From the NCBI GenBank assembly GCA_027064565.1, contig JAMOPK010000364.1:1-30430 (forward strand): a stretch of DNA of 30,430 nucleotides, read 5' to 3'. Position numbers and translations under genes: made by a program. Position 1 is the stretch's first letter; every line of letters begins with the position of its first letter. Below the pieces are notes generated by a model, which had not been told where the DNA came from, ran no database searches, and saw only the letters and a program-made list of their open reading frames with translations. This DNA comes from a candidate division WOR-3 bacterium (GTDB lineage: Bacteria > Hydrothermota > Hydrothermia > B15-G9). Of this stretch, positions 17,499 through 26,297 are shown one piece after another.

Positions 17499-17538
17499 AA
17501 AAACTGACGGGCCGGGCGTCTTGTCTAACACCCGACCC
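17499..17538 (-). terminator. Minus-strand hairpin with downstream U-tract; probable terminator for the C25 gene
   Basis: - strand GGGUCGGGUGU-8 nt-ACGCCCGGCCC, 11 bp including two U.G pairs that would be mismatches on +, followed after GUCAG by UUUUUA. Confidence 0.55.
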
Positions 17539-17614
17539 AAACCGCCTGAGAGCAGGCCTTTTGCCTTGTAATTTATGTCCTAACAATCTATCTTGCCGTG
17601 ATTTTAGCAAAGCC

Positions 17615-20600
17615 CTATCTCAAGTGCAACACCTTCCTTGTAATAAGCGAGTTCCGGCCACGGCCGACGACGAAATAGATTCCGCCCGGCAATGAGTTCA
17701 CGGAGATAGTTGTCTTGCCCGACATTCCGCTGACCGTTTTGCTCAGAATCAGCCTGCCGGTCACATCGAAAAGCTGCAGCTCGTTCAGAGCGCCGTTCCA
17801 TCTCACATCCAACAGGTCCCCTCTTTGCGTGACCCATAACTTGCCATGATGCGCCGGGTTTTCGACATAGCCCGGTTCGGATATGCCCGTCGAATTCCAT
17901 GTAGATGTCAGCGTTACGTCGTCGATATACCAGCCTTCTAACTGAACCTCATTGTCCTCGCTATAAAACGCCATTGTCAACTGGATCTCCGTTCCGGGCC
18001 TCAGCCCTGTCAGCGGGATGTCAAACTGTTTCCATGTGGTGGATTGACCGTCCAGACTTGCAACGAACCGATAATCCGTGTCTCCGTTCACTTTATACCT
18101 CACGATCCCGAAATCCCAGCCCGCCTGAGTCTCGAAATACGTCCAGAATTTGAGGTGCGGATTGATCCCGACGAGCATCCAGGGCGATGTGATGGAGGCC
18201 ATGACGTTTGGAGGATACTGCCACGAACCCTCGTTCCCGAAATAAAGGCTTTGCTGGCCGCTGTGGCTCCTGTGGGCTGTCAGGTGCCATGGAGACTCGA
18301 CGGTCCATCCCTGGACCCCATCCTCAAAATCAAAGCTGTAGCCCACATAGCCGCTGGACAACCACAGGGTATCACTGAACGGCTCAAGCCTGAACATGGC
18401 AAAGTTGGAGCCGCAGGCGACGGTGTCCAACTGAAAGCTCAGGTCGATGGTAGTGGAATCGCCCGGCGCAATCGAACCCACCTGCAGGGAATCGTCCGGG
18501 AACGACAGACCTGCTGAGATCGGGATCGGATGGAGCCACAGGTCGCTGACTTCCGCTGCGCCGGTGTTGACCACGCGCAGCCGCGCGGTGCTGTAAGGCG
18601 TGCCATCGGAAATCGAGGCGATGGAGAAGGAAAGCCTGAATCCGAACACCGTTATCGGTTGTTCCATTGTGTCCGCCGGGAGGTTGGCGCCTGAGATGAC
18701 CAGTCGAACGTGGGAGTTGCAGGTCGAATCGCCGGCGTGGATGGTGGTGCTGACCACGAATGTGTCGCTGACTCCGAAAGAAGGCGTTGTGAATCGGCTG
18801 CTGTCAAGGGAAAGACACGGCCCGGCCGTGATCGCGAGAGAGAAGTCCTGCACCGGTTCACCGCTTCGATTGACTAATTTGACCGTGAAAGGCGACGATT
18901 CGCCGAAGGACATCACCCCATCATCGCCGCCGTAGGTGATTTCAACCAGTTGAATGTTAGAAGATTGAACCGTGACGGTATCGTCATGAAAAACATAGCC
19001 GTCCTTCCAGACCGCAACCTCGATCCAGCCCGATGCAGCTTCAAATTCGAGGTAGCAGGTGCCGTCCGGGCCGGTGACTCCACGCGTAAGCACTGAATCG
19101 TTCTGAAAAACCGTGACACGTGCATCGGGAATCGGCTCGCCGGTGGGAGCCGTCACCGTAACCGCTAGATTGTTCCGTCCGCTTACCGGCCGGCCGCTCA
19201 TGGAGACCTCCATCTGCTGGAGTTCGGCCGTAGGAAGATAGAGGTCAGGGTCTCCTAACAGGTTAACGGCGTATTCGCTCCATCTGAACGTGTTGGCGCC
19301 ATCGGCCTGAGGCGCATAGAGCGCTTTGACGCTGGCCAGCGCAACGCCTAACTGCTGCAACCGATTCCTCACAACCTGATGGAAAAACTCGATGTCCATC
19401 CTGTCGGTCGAGCTGTAACCCATGAACTGCGGGATATACCACCCGTATCGGCTGTTTCCTATGAAAAATCCGCCGCCGTTCGGCGCCTTGACGAACCGCT
19501 CCGCGATGCAATCATAGTCGAAGGATGCCACCCAGCAGCCGATGGAATAGAATACTCCGACGTATTTCGGGGCATTGGTCAGCTCGTTGAAGGCATCCAT
19601 GTAGATGTAATCCGGCCCGGCCTGCATCATCCATGTGTTGCCATGGCCTTCATGGTTGACGAAGTTGTAGCCGTAGTTCAGGAAGCCTATGAGGCTGTTG
19701 GCCGTCAGATTGCCGAACCGCTCGTAAAGCTTCATAACGCTGACCTCAGGTTCCACTTCAGCGGCGATCATGTCCTTGAGCACGCCTCCGTCGTTGGATT
19801 CGTCGAGATAACTTGCGGCGAAAAGCGCTGTGCCGGAATAGTTCGGTGCGTGCTGGCTTTCATAGGCGATCACCTTGTTGACAAACACGGAAACTTCCTG
19901 AGAGGTTGAGACCGGTGCCCTGCCGACGAAAACGTCCGGGAGCATGTCGACACTGTCGTCAACTTCCCCGAAAACATTGTTGCCGTTGGCATCCCATGTG
20001 CCGTCGAGGTCGGAAAAGTAGAGGTCAGTCGGGATAGTGTCGCCTTCCTGAGGTGTTGGCTCGGAATTCACGGCGAAAGCCTTTCTGTAAGGCAGGACGT
20101 CGGTGTCGCCGCCGAGCAGCACATAGACAAGGCCTGAATCCAGCGCTGTTTTCAGGTAGTTCCTGAGGGCCTCGGCATCGTCCCTGCCCGAATAGTTGCT
20201 CCTTATCCATTCGATTGTCCTGAGCGCAACCCTGTGCCCTTTTCTGGTCTTCCACCTGATCAGCGGCTGCCAGGCCGGGGCAAGATTCCCGGAAGTGATT
20301 ATCAAGTAGTCAAAACCCGTGGTTTTCGGTGCTGTCCTGACGAGGAGCTCGCCGTTGGCAACGATTCGCTTGAGAAAAGCCAATCTTGAGGCCGGCACAT
20401 TTACGGGAGCCGTTTCCCATTCGATCTCGATTTTCCGGTTGAAGATGATCCGTTTCCCGACCGGGTCGAACTGAACCGGGTAGAGCTTTATCGCAGCCAC
20501 CCTGACGTCTGCGATACGACCGGGTTTGATCGAGTAAGGTTCTGAGGGATAGAGGCTTCCGCTGTTATAAATCTTCGGGTCAGGTGGCGAAAACTCCAGT

Positions 20601-20875
20601 TTCCCTTCTCTGTCGGTTGGCAGTGGGATCGGCGATGGAGAAACATATACGTTTTCCATAGTGTCAGCCGCTAAGATTCTGATTTTGGGAAATTTCCCGT
20701 TTTCCGGAAGCGCCACTAACAGGTTTTTGACCGGGAGCCATGGCCTGCCGTATTCGGTTTGCATAGGGAGGTCTTCGACAAAGGGGATGGTTCCTCCCCC
20801 CGATTTTTTCAGGTCAGGTGCCTGAAATTCCAGTGTGAAGGCATATAGAGATGCAATTATCAGAAAGTTCATCAT
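17615..20875 (-). CDS. Gingipain-like C25 cysteine peptidase with propeptide, Ig-like domains, adhesin-like beta-sandwich and T9SS-A-like C-terminal domain
   Basis: 1086 aa; DYLIIT, WKTRKGH, YVLLGGDTDVLP, TDLYFSDLDGTWD, DVFVGRAP, catalytic NHEGHG and SIGC, NLLGDP; late FDFEDGVQGW...SITSP...GWYIDDV domain; tail LFDVTGRLI...LPGGIYFV...RKVLHLR. Confidence 0.92.
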   Translation of the reverse strand: MMNFLIIASLYAFTLEFQAPDLKKSGGGTIPFVEDLPMQTEYGRPWLPVKNLLVALPENGKFPKIRILAADTMENVYVSPSPIPLPTDREGKLEFSPPDPKIYNSGSLYPSEPYSIKPGRIADVRVAAIKLYPVQFDPVGKRIIFNRKIEIEWETAPVNVPASRLAFLKRIVANGELLVRTAPKTTGFDYLIITSGNLAPAWQPLIRWKTRKGHRVALRTIEWIRSNYSGRDDAEALRNYLKTALDSGLVYVLLGGDTDVLPYRKAFAVNSEPTPQEGDTIPTDLYFSDLDGTWDANGNNVFGEVDDSVDMLPDVFVGRAPVSTSQEVSVFVNKVIAYESQHAPNYSGTALFAASYLDESNDGGVLKDMIAAEVEPEVSVMKLYERFGNLTANSLIGFLNYGYNFVNHEGHGNTWMMQAGPDYIYMDAFNELTNAPKYVGVFYSIGCWVASFDYDCIAERFVKAPNGGGFFIGNSRYGWYIPQFMGYSSTDRMDIEFFHQVVRNRLQQLGVALASVKALYAPQADGANTFRWSEYAVNLLGDPDLYLPTAELQQMEVSMSGRPVSGRNNLAVTVTAPTGEPIPDARVTVFQNDSVLTRGVTGPDGTCYLEFEAASGWIEVAVWKDGYVFHDDTVTVQSSNIQLVEITYGGDDGVMSFGESSPFTVKLVNRSGEPVQDFSLAITAGPCLSLDSSRFTTPSFGVSDTFVVSTTIHAGDSTCNSHVRLVISGANLPADTMEQPITVFGFRLSFSIASISDGTPYSTARLRVVNTGAAEVSDLWLHPIPISAGLSFPDDSLQVGSIAPGDSTTIDLSFQLDTVACGSNFAMFRLEPFSDTLWLSSGYVGYSFDFEDGVQGWTVESPWHLTAHRSHSGQQSLYFGNEGSWQYPPNVMASITSPWMLVGINPHLKFWTYFETQAGWDFGIVRYKVNGDTDYRFVASLDGQSTTWKQFDIPLTGLRPGTEIQLTMAFYSEDNEVQLEGWYIDDVTLTSTWNSTGISEPGYVENPAHHGKLWVTQRGDLLDVRWNGALNELQLFDVTGRLILSKTVSGMSGKTTISVNSLPGGIYFVVGRGRNSLITRKVLHLR

Positions 20876-20939
20876 GATTTAACTCCAGTGTGGTTTTAAG
20901 GGGGGGAAAGGATACTGCAAAAGGCAGATAAAACAAAGA

Positions 20940-21014
20940 TCGGGGCGAGTGGATTCGAACCACCGACCTCTTGGTCCCGAACCAAGCGCGCTAACCAAAC
21001 TGCGCTACGCCCCG
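20940..21014 (-). tRNA. tRNA-Pro(CGG)
   Basis: Reverse complement CGGGGCG-TAGCGCAGTTTGGTTAGCGCG-CTTGG-TTCGGGA-CCAAG-AGGTC-GGTGG-TTCGAAT-CCACT-CGCCCCG-A; anticodon CGG; CCA not encoded. Confidence 0.97.
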
Positions 21015-21029
21015 ATCTGTCGGTGCAAA

Positions 21030-21058
21030 ACTATATAAACCGAACTTGTTTTTGTCAA
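21030..21058 (-). promoter_or_regulatory. Sigma-70 promoter of tRNA-Pro
   Basis: On the - strand: TTGACA (21058-21053), 17 nt, TATAGT (21035-21030). Confidence 0.85.
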
Positions 21059-21149
21059 GCATCGGCGGCTATTTGCCGCTTTTACGGTTAAAATCGGTCG
21101 AATGGAGAAAACGAATATCTATAAATGTGGCTATTTGCCGTAATAATCC

Positions 21150-21412
21150 CATCTCTTTGTCCCAAGCGTCTTTTCTCCACTGTATCCTTGATATCCATCT
21201 GAACCAGAACTGCATTCACATTGCTCCCCACGCCCAATGTGTGGGGTATACCTTCACCTTAGGCTTCTTTTTCGTAAGTCCATGTCTATCGAGTATGTGC
21301 ATTACCGTGTGTTCGGAAAGCTTTACACCCTGCCGCTTCCTGAGCTCCTTTTTGTATCTTCGTAGTTTCGATAATCTTGCGTCGGGCTTCAAAGTCATTC
21401 ATAAGGGTTCAT
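21150..21412 (-). mobile_element. Degraded IS481-like transposase remnant
   Basis: RBS GAGGT then ATG 21412 MNPYE; frame-shifted DFEARRKIIET; then LSEHTVMHILDRHGL (HTH) and YPTHWAW; shifted again to VQMDIKD (first Asp of the DDE core). Remainder missing. Family assignment is from recalled motifs. Confidence 0.65.
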
Positions 21413-21555
21413 CTTAAGACCTCTTTGGAGGTGAATGTTAGCATTTTCGGTCCATTTTTCTGGAAGGAGTTATTTTATGGAGCCAATTTATCAAGTCTTT
21501 CATTAAATTCTTGTCAATAGGCGGGTCAATATCTCCTGGCAGTTTTACATCCGCC

Positions 21556-21587
21556 TTTTGACGATACGGTTGTCAAAACCTTAAAAT
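21556..21587 (+). promoter_or_regulatory. Probable promoter of the V/A-ATPase operon with overlapping inverted repeat
   Basis: TTGACG (21558-21563), 18 nt, TAAAAT (21582-21587); inverted repeat TTTTGAC-N9-GTCAAAA at 21556-21578; RBS GGGAGG before ATG 21623. Confidence 0.6.
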
Positions 21588-21622
21588 TTGTGTCCTTGCA
21601 AAAAATTTAAGGGAGGCAATCA

Positions 21623-21928
21623 ATGGAGCTTCTCCGTGACATTAAAGAGGCCGAGAAAAAGGCCGAGGAAATCAGGAAAAAGGCAAAGGAAGAGGCTGAA
21701 AAGATCATCGCACAAGCTGAGGAAGATGCAAAAAGGATAATCCAAGAGGCGGAACAGGAGAGTTCGGAAATAAGGAAGAAGGCGATTCAGGAGGCCAGAG
21801 AGGAAGCGGAAAAGAGAGTCGTCCAGCTGGAAAAAGAGGTCGAGAAACAGAAGAAACAGCTCCGGGAATCCGCTCAGGGAAAATTTGATAAGGCTGTGGA
21901 CTTCATAATCGAAACACTGGTGTCCTGA
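21623..21928 (+). CDS. V/A-type ATPase peripheral stalk subunit G/H
   Basis: 101 aa E/K/A-rich coiled coil (IKEAEKKAEEI...AVDFIIETL), first gene before subunit I. Confidence 0.85.
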   Translation: MELLRDIKEAEKKAEEIRKKAKEEAEKIIAQAEEDAKRIIQEAEQESSEIRKKAIQEAREEAEKRVVQLEKEVEKQKKQLRESAQGKFDKAVDFIIETLVS

Positions 21929-21929
21929 A

Positions 21930-23849
21930 ATGGCCATCGCAGGCGTTAAGAAAACAATTCTCGTTGTCCACAAAGATGAGAAGGACGCCCTCATCGAAAA
22001 CCTCCAGAAGGCGTCCGTGATACACATCTCCGACATCTGGAAAAGCAAACTGTTTCAGCAGGAACTTCCCGAAGAACAATCCCCGCAGAAAACCACTTAT
22101 GGGGACATCCTTCAACGGCTCAAAAGGGTGATAAACGGCCTCAAGAACTATGCCCCACAGCAGGGCGGCGGCCTTTTAGGTAGCGGCAAGGAGAAAGTAT
22201 CCGCAGAAGAGTTCAAGGAAATCGTAAAATCCTACGATCCGCAACCCGTCATCAGTGCGTTTGAGGAGATTAAAAAGCGTCAGAACGCCATCAAACTGGA
22301 ACGAAATGCCATTAAGGAGCAGATTTCGGCCCTCTCCCCGTGGGCACCGCTCAAATACGATGTTTCTGAGCTGAAAGAGGTTCGCGACGTCGTCCTTCTG
22401 GCTGGCACGGTGTCCCTGAAATCCCTTGAAATCCTCAAAAATGCCTCCATAGAGGTGGAGGAGGTCAATCGTGATTCCAAAAAGGCCTATGTTCTGGTCG
22501 CCTACCTCAAGGAGGATGAGGCTGAGGTCAGGAAAGTGCTTGCGGAAGCTGGGTTTGAGGCCTTCGACTTTCGGGATGTGAAGGGCAGGGTTGAGGATGA
22601 ACTCAAAAGGCTCCAGCAAAAACTTGAAGAGTTGGATCGGGAAGAGGAGATACTCGAAAACAGGCTTCATGAGCTTGCCAGAGAACGCAAAAAACTGCAA
22701 ATCATCCACGATTATTACGCCACTTTGATGGAAAGGGAGCGTGTGGAAAGCCTTTCCCTGTCAACAAATGAGACCTTCATCCTTGAGGGATGGGTCATCG
22801 AAGATAATTGGCAGAAATTCAGGGAGATCACGGACAGGTTTGAGTCCGTTTCCGTGGTGGAAGTCGAGCCGGCAGAAGGTGAAAAGCCGCCGATAGCTTT
22901 GAAAAACAAAAAGATTTTCCGTCCCTACGAACTGATAACCGAGATGTATGGCCTCCCGGACTTCAGGGAGGTAGATCCCACGCCGTTGCTAATGCCGTTC
23001 TTCGTGGTCTTTTTCGGGGTCTGCCTAACCGATGCGGGCTACGGACTGGTCGTGACTCTGCTTGCACTATGGCTCATGAAAAAGATGGGAGCAGAGAACA
23101 GGCTCCTTGCCATTCTGGCGGGCGGCGGCCTGTTCACGATAGTCGCTGGAGCGCTTACCGGAGGCTGGTTCGGTGACCTGTTCGTCAGGTTCAACATCCC
23201 ATTTCTCGCTGCAATAAGGTCAAAGCTTATGTGGTTTGATCCCATGGAAGACCCGATGAAATTCTTTTACATCTCGCTCGCAATGGGTTACATTCAGATC
23301 CTCTGGGGTCTGCTCATCGGATTTTACAACAAGTGGAAAATGGGGGCACGTCTGAACGGCATCGCAAATGAGCTCGCATGGGTGATCGTCCTCATGGGAC
23401 TCGTCCTGCTCTATGTCGCCCACTTTTCATGGGCCAAATGGGCAGTTTACCTTGGCCTCGCTCTGATACTGTTCCTGAGCGGTTCGAGCAAAAACCCCAT
23501 CTTCAGGTTCTTTCAGGGGCTTTACAACATCTACAATGGCATAGGATTCATAGGGGACCTGCTCTCCTACGTGCGTCTAATGGCGCTCGGCATGGTCACA
23601 GCCGGGATAGCTATGGCGGTCAATATCACTGCACAGCTTGTAAAGCCCATCCCTTTCATAGGCTGGCTAATCGCCCTGCTGGTGCTTGTGGGCGGTCACA
23701 TTTTTAGCATAGCGGTCAACGTTCTCGGCGCATTTGTGCACACGATGCGCCTGCAATACGTGGAGTTCTTCACAAAGTTCTACTCGAACGGCGGCAAGCC
23801 GTTCAGGCCTTTCTCTGAAAGACACGAATTTGTTGAGATAGAGCATTAA
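21930..23849 (+). CDS. atpI: V/A-type ATPase subunit I (a)
   Basis: 639 aa; YGLPDFREVDPTP, DAGYGL, GDLLSYVRLMALG (essential Arg), HTMRLQYVEFFTKFY. Confidence 0.95.
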   Translation: MAIAGVKKTILVVHKDEKDALIENLQKASVIHISDIWKSKLFQQELPEEQSPQKTTYGDILQRLKRVINGLKNYAPQQGGGLLGSGKEKVSAEEFKEIVKSYDPQPVISAFEEIKKRQNAIKLERNAIKEQISALSPWAPLKYDVSELKEVRDVVLLAGTVSLKSLEILKNASIEVEEVNRDSKKAYVLVAYLKEDEAEVRKVLAEAGFEAFDFRDVKGRVEDELKRLQQKLEELDREEEILENRLHELARERKKLQIIHDYYATLMERERVESLSLSTNETFILEGWVIEDNWQKFREITDRFESVSVVEVEPAEGEKPPIALKNKKIFRPYELITEMYGLPDFREVDPTPLLMPFFVVFFGVCLTDAGYGLVVTLLALWLMKKMGAENRLLAILAGGGLFTIVAGALTGGWFGDLFVRFNIPFLAAIRSKLMWFDPMEDPMKFFYISLAMGYIQILWGLLIGFYNKWKMGARLNGIANELAWVIVLMGLVLLYVAHFSWAKWAVYLGLALILFLSGSSKNPIFRFFQGLYNIYNGIGFIGDLLSYVRLMALGMVTAGIAMAVNITAQLVKPIPFIGWLIALLVLVGGHIFSIAVNVLGAFVHTMRLQYVEFFTKFYSNGGKPFRPFSERHEFVEIEH

Positions 23850-23913
23850 AAACCGTGTTGTCACGGCTCGAATTGTCGGGTCGCATCAAAATCAAAGAAA
23901 AGGAGGTCATTAA

Positions 23914-24432
23914 ATGCAAGTTATCTGGAGTGTCATAAGCCAAACTGCTCAGACAGCACATACAGGTTGGGGACTGGCTCTTGCAATGGTAGGTGCACTC
24001 ACAGCGGTTTTGCTGGGCGGAATAGGCTCAGCTGTTGGCGTTGGCCTTGCCGGACGCACGGCAACCGGCGTCCTTGCCGAAGACCCGGACAAGTTCGGAC
24101 GTCTGTTCCTTCTCGTCGCACTGCCCGGCACACAGGGGTTCTACGGATTCATCGGCGGACTCTTTATCATCCTCAAGGTGGGAATCCTCGGCACACCCAA
24201 GCCTGTGAGCGTGGTTCAGGGCTGGCAGTTCTTCTTTGCAGCGCTTCCGGTCGCAATCTCCGGCCTCGTCTCCGGCATACATCAGGGTAAAGTGGCGGCA
24301 TCCGGCGTCGAAATGGCAGCCAAACAGCCCGAAGCCTCCATGAAAGCCGTTATCTACGCCGCAATGGTTGAGACTTATGCCGTGCTGGGACTGCTCGGCA
24401 CTCTTTTCCTCCTTCAGGGCATAAAACTATGA
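23914..24432 (+). CDS. atpK: V/A-type ATPase rotor subunit K (c), 4-TM, Na+-type signature
   Basis: 172 aa; GIGSAVGVG, LPGTQGFYG, IHQGKVAA, AMVETYA. Confidence 0.95.
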   Translation: MQVIWSVISQTAQTAHTGWGLALAMVGALTAVLLGGIGSAVGVGLAGRTATGVLAEDPDKFGRLFLLVALPGTQGFYGFIGGLFIILKVGILGTPKPVSVVQGWQFFFAALPVAISGLVSGIHQGKVAASGVEMAAKQPEASMKAVIYAAMVETYAVLGLLGTLFLLQGIKL

Positions 24433-24986
24433 GCACAGAGAAGATAACAAACAAAATCATCCAGAAAGCACAGGCTGAGGCCGAGGAGATTATCGAACAG
24501 GCTAAAAAACAGGCCGAGGAAATCATCAAACAGGCACAGGCTGAGGCCGAAAAACTCAAAAAGAACGCTCTCGGTGAGGCCAGAGACCTGAAAGAACGTG
24601 AGATTGAGAAGCTTTTGGGCATGAGAAACATCGAGTTCAGAAAGGAGATACTGGCTGAGAAGCGGAAACTCATCGATTCCGTATTCGACAAAGCGGTGAA
24701 GAAGATCAAAAACGAGCCTGAGGTTTACCGGAAGCTCATGGAGAAGATGATCAGGTCGATCACTTTCCGTGGAGGCGAAACCATAATCTACTCCGACGAC
24801 CTGACCGGCAAGATCCTCAAAAAGAACGCCAAAGGCAAATCCTTGAAATTCGAGAAAGGCGATGTGGAGCACGGTTTTATCGTCCGAAGCGGAAACATCG
24901 AAATGAACTTCACGGTTGATCTCATCATGAGAGAGGCAAGTCGGGAGCTGGAAGCAGAGGTCGCCAGAATACTTTTTGAACAATGA
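24429..24986 (+). CDS. atpE: V/A-type ATPase subunit E
   Basis: 185 aa; long N-terminal coiled coil, C-terminal GFIVRSGNIEMNFT...VARILF; ATGA overlaps on both sides. Confidence 0.9.
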   Translation: MSTEKITNKIIQKAQAEAEEIIEQAKKQAEEIIKQAQAEAEKLKKNALGEARDLKEREIEKLLGMRNIEFRKEILAEKRKLIDSVFDKAVKKIKNEPEVYRKLMEKMIRSITFRGGETIIYSDDLTGKILKKNAKGKSLKFEKGDVEHGFIVRSGNIEMNFTVDLIMREASRELEAEVARILFEQ

Positions 24987-25981
24987 TCAAAATACCACGT
25001 CAGGAAGATACGAGATTTGCCCATGCGCTTGGACGCATAAGGGCACTTGAGACACACTTGCTGGACAGGCAGAAGGTCGAAAGGCTACTGGAGTCAGATT
25101 CGCCACAGGACCTCGTGAATGCGCTTCAGGATTCGGATTACGGCCCGTGGTTCTCGGAACTGGATTCGCCGTTCCAGTTCGAGGACGCCCTGAAAAAGGA
25201 GAGGCGGCGGGTCTTTGACCTGATCGAAAAGCTCTCTCCGGATAGAGCTATACCGACATCTTTCAGGGCAAAGTATGACTTCCACAACCTGAAAGTCCTC
25301 ACCAAAGCAGCAATCGCCGAAAAGAACTTCGACCATGCACTTGTGGACCTCGGCAACATCCCCATTCAGGAATTCAAATGGGCGATGGAGAACGAGCGAT
25401 ACGACAGGCTACCTGAGCACATTCAGGATGCCTTTCAGGCCGCCATCGAGGCATATTACAGCGGAAAAAAGGACCCACGAGTCCTGTCCATGGTGATCGA
25501 CAGGAAGATGTATCTCCACTTCATCGATTCCAGTCCCGCCCTTTTCCTGAAGTTTTACCGCCAGGTTGAGATCGACCTGATAAACCTCAAGACACTGGTG
25601 CGCCTCAAATACATGGGCCAGGAACACCTTTACGATAAAGCCAAACTCGATGGTGGCACGATAGACCCTTCAATTGCACTCGGCGAACAGCTGGAATCGA
25701 TACCTCATCATTTCCACAGGACGCCTTATTACGGTTTACTTGAAGATGGAATCTCTTACCTCAAAAAAACCGGTTCGTTCAATCGTCTTGAGAAACTGGT
25801 GGACAACTTCCTTGTGGGACTGTTGCGCCGCACAAAATACATCGACATGGGGCCTGAGCCGCTTATAGCCTACTTCTTCGCCAAAATGAACGAGATCAAG
25901 GTCGTCCGAATGATCTTCGTGGGAAAAATCAACAGGATGCCATCTGAAAAAATAAGGGAGAGGTTGCCAGATGTATTCTGA
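24983..25981 (+). CDS. atpC: V/A-type ATPase subunit C (d)
   Basis: 332 aa; ALGRIRALE, KYDFHNLKVL, EIDLINLKTLVR, GPEPLIAYFFAKMNEIKVVRMI, IRERL. Confidence 0.93.
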   Translation: MIKIPRQEDTRFAHALGRIRALETHLLDRQKVERLLESDSPQDLVNALQDSDYGPWFSELDSPFQFEDALKKERRRVFDLIEKLSPDRAIPTSFRAKYDFHNLKVLTKAAIAEKNFDHALVDLGNIPIQEFKWAMENERYDRLPEHIQDAFQAAIEAYYSGKKDPRVLSMVIDRKMYLHFIDSSPALFLKFYRQVEIDLINLKTLVRLKYMGQEHLYDKAKLDGGTIDPSIALGEQLESIPHHFHRTPYYGLLEDGISYLKKTGSFNRLEKLVDNFLVGLLRRTKYIDMGPEPLIAYFFAKMNEIKVVRMIFVGKINRMPSEKIRERLPDVF

Positions 25982-26297
25982 AGGCAAAGTCGTGTGCATA
26001 GGCGAATATGACATTGTGTTCCCATTCAAAGCGGTGAACCTTGAGGTGGAAGCGGTGTCCAGCGGTCAGGAGGCCCTTGAAGCGGTCAGAAAGTTCAAGG
26101 ATGCGGGATATGCCCTCATCCTCGTGCAGGAGGATTTTCTTGAGGCGATACAGCCTGTCCTCGACGAAACCATTGAATCACCTTTACCGGCGATAATCTC
26201 CATTCCAGGATCAGAATCCACAAGAGGGCAGGCTTTGCTGAGGCTGAGAGAGGTAATCAAAAAAGCAGTGGGAATGGACATATTCGCGGAAAAGTAA
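25971..26297 (+). CDS. atpF: V/A-type ATPase subunit F
   Basis: 108 aa; KVVCIGE, YALILVQE, LPAIISIP, IKKAVGMDI. Confidence 0.9.
   Translation: MYSEGKVVCIGEYDIVFPFKAVNLEVEAVSSGQEALEAVRKFKDAGYALILVQEDFLEAIQPVLDETIESPLPAIISIPGSESTRGQALLRLREVIKKAVGMDIFAEK

Noticed and set aside
17500-17575. c-di-GMP-I (GEMM) riboswitch suggested by GGCAAAA...GACGC on the minus strand
   Set aside because: No GNRA tetraloop/receptor or GCAAAG segment, and it is downstream rather than upstream of a gene.
17353-21014. tRNA-Pro-anchored island with an attR duplicate near 17353
   Set aside because: Similarity to the tRNA 3' end is only about 8 nt (ATCGGGCG vs ATCGGGGCG), and there is no integrase.
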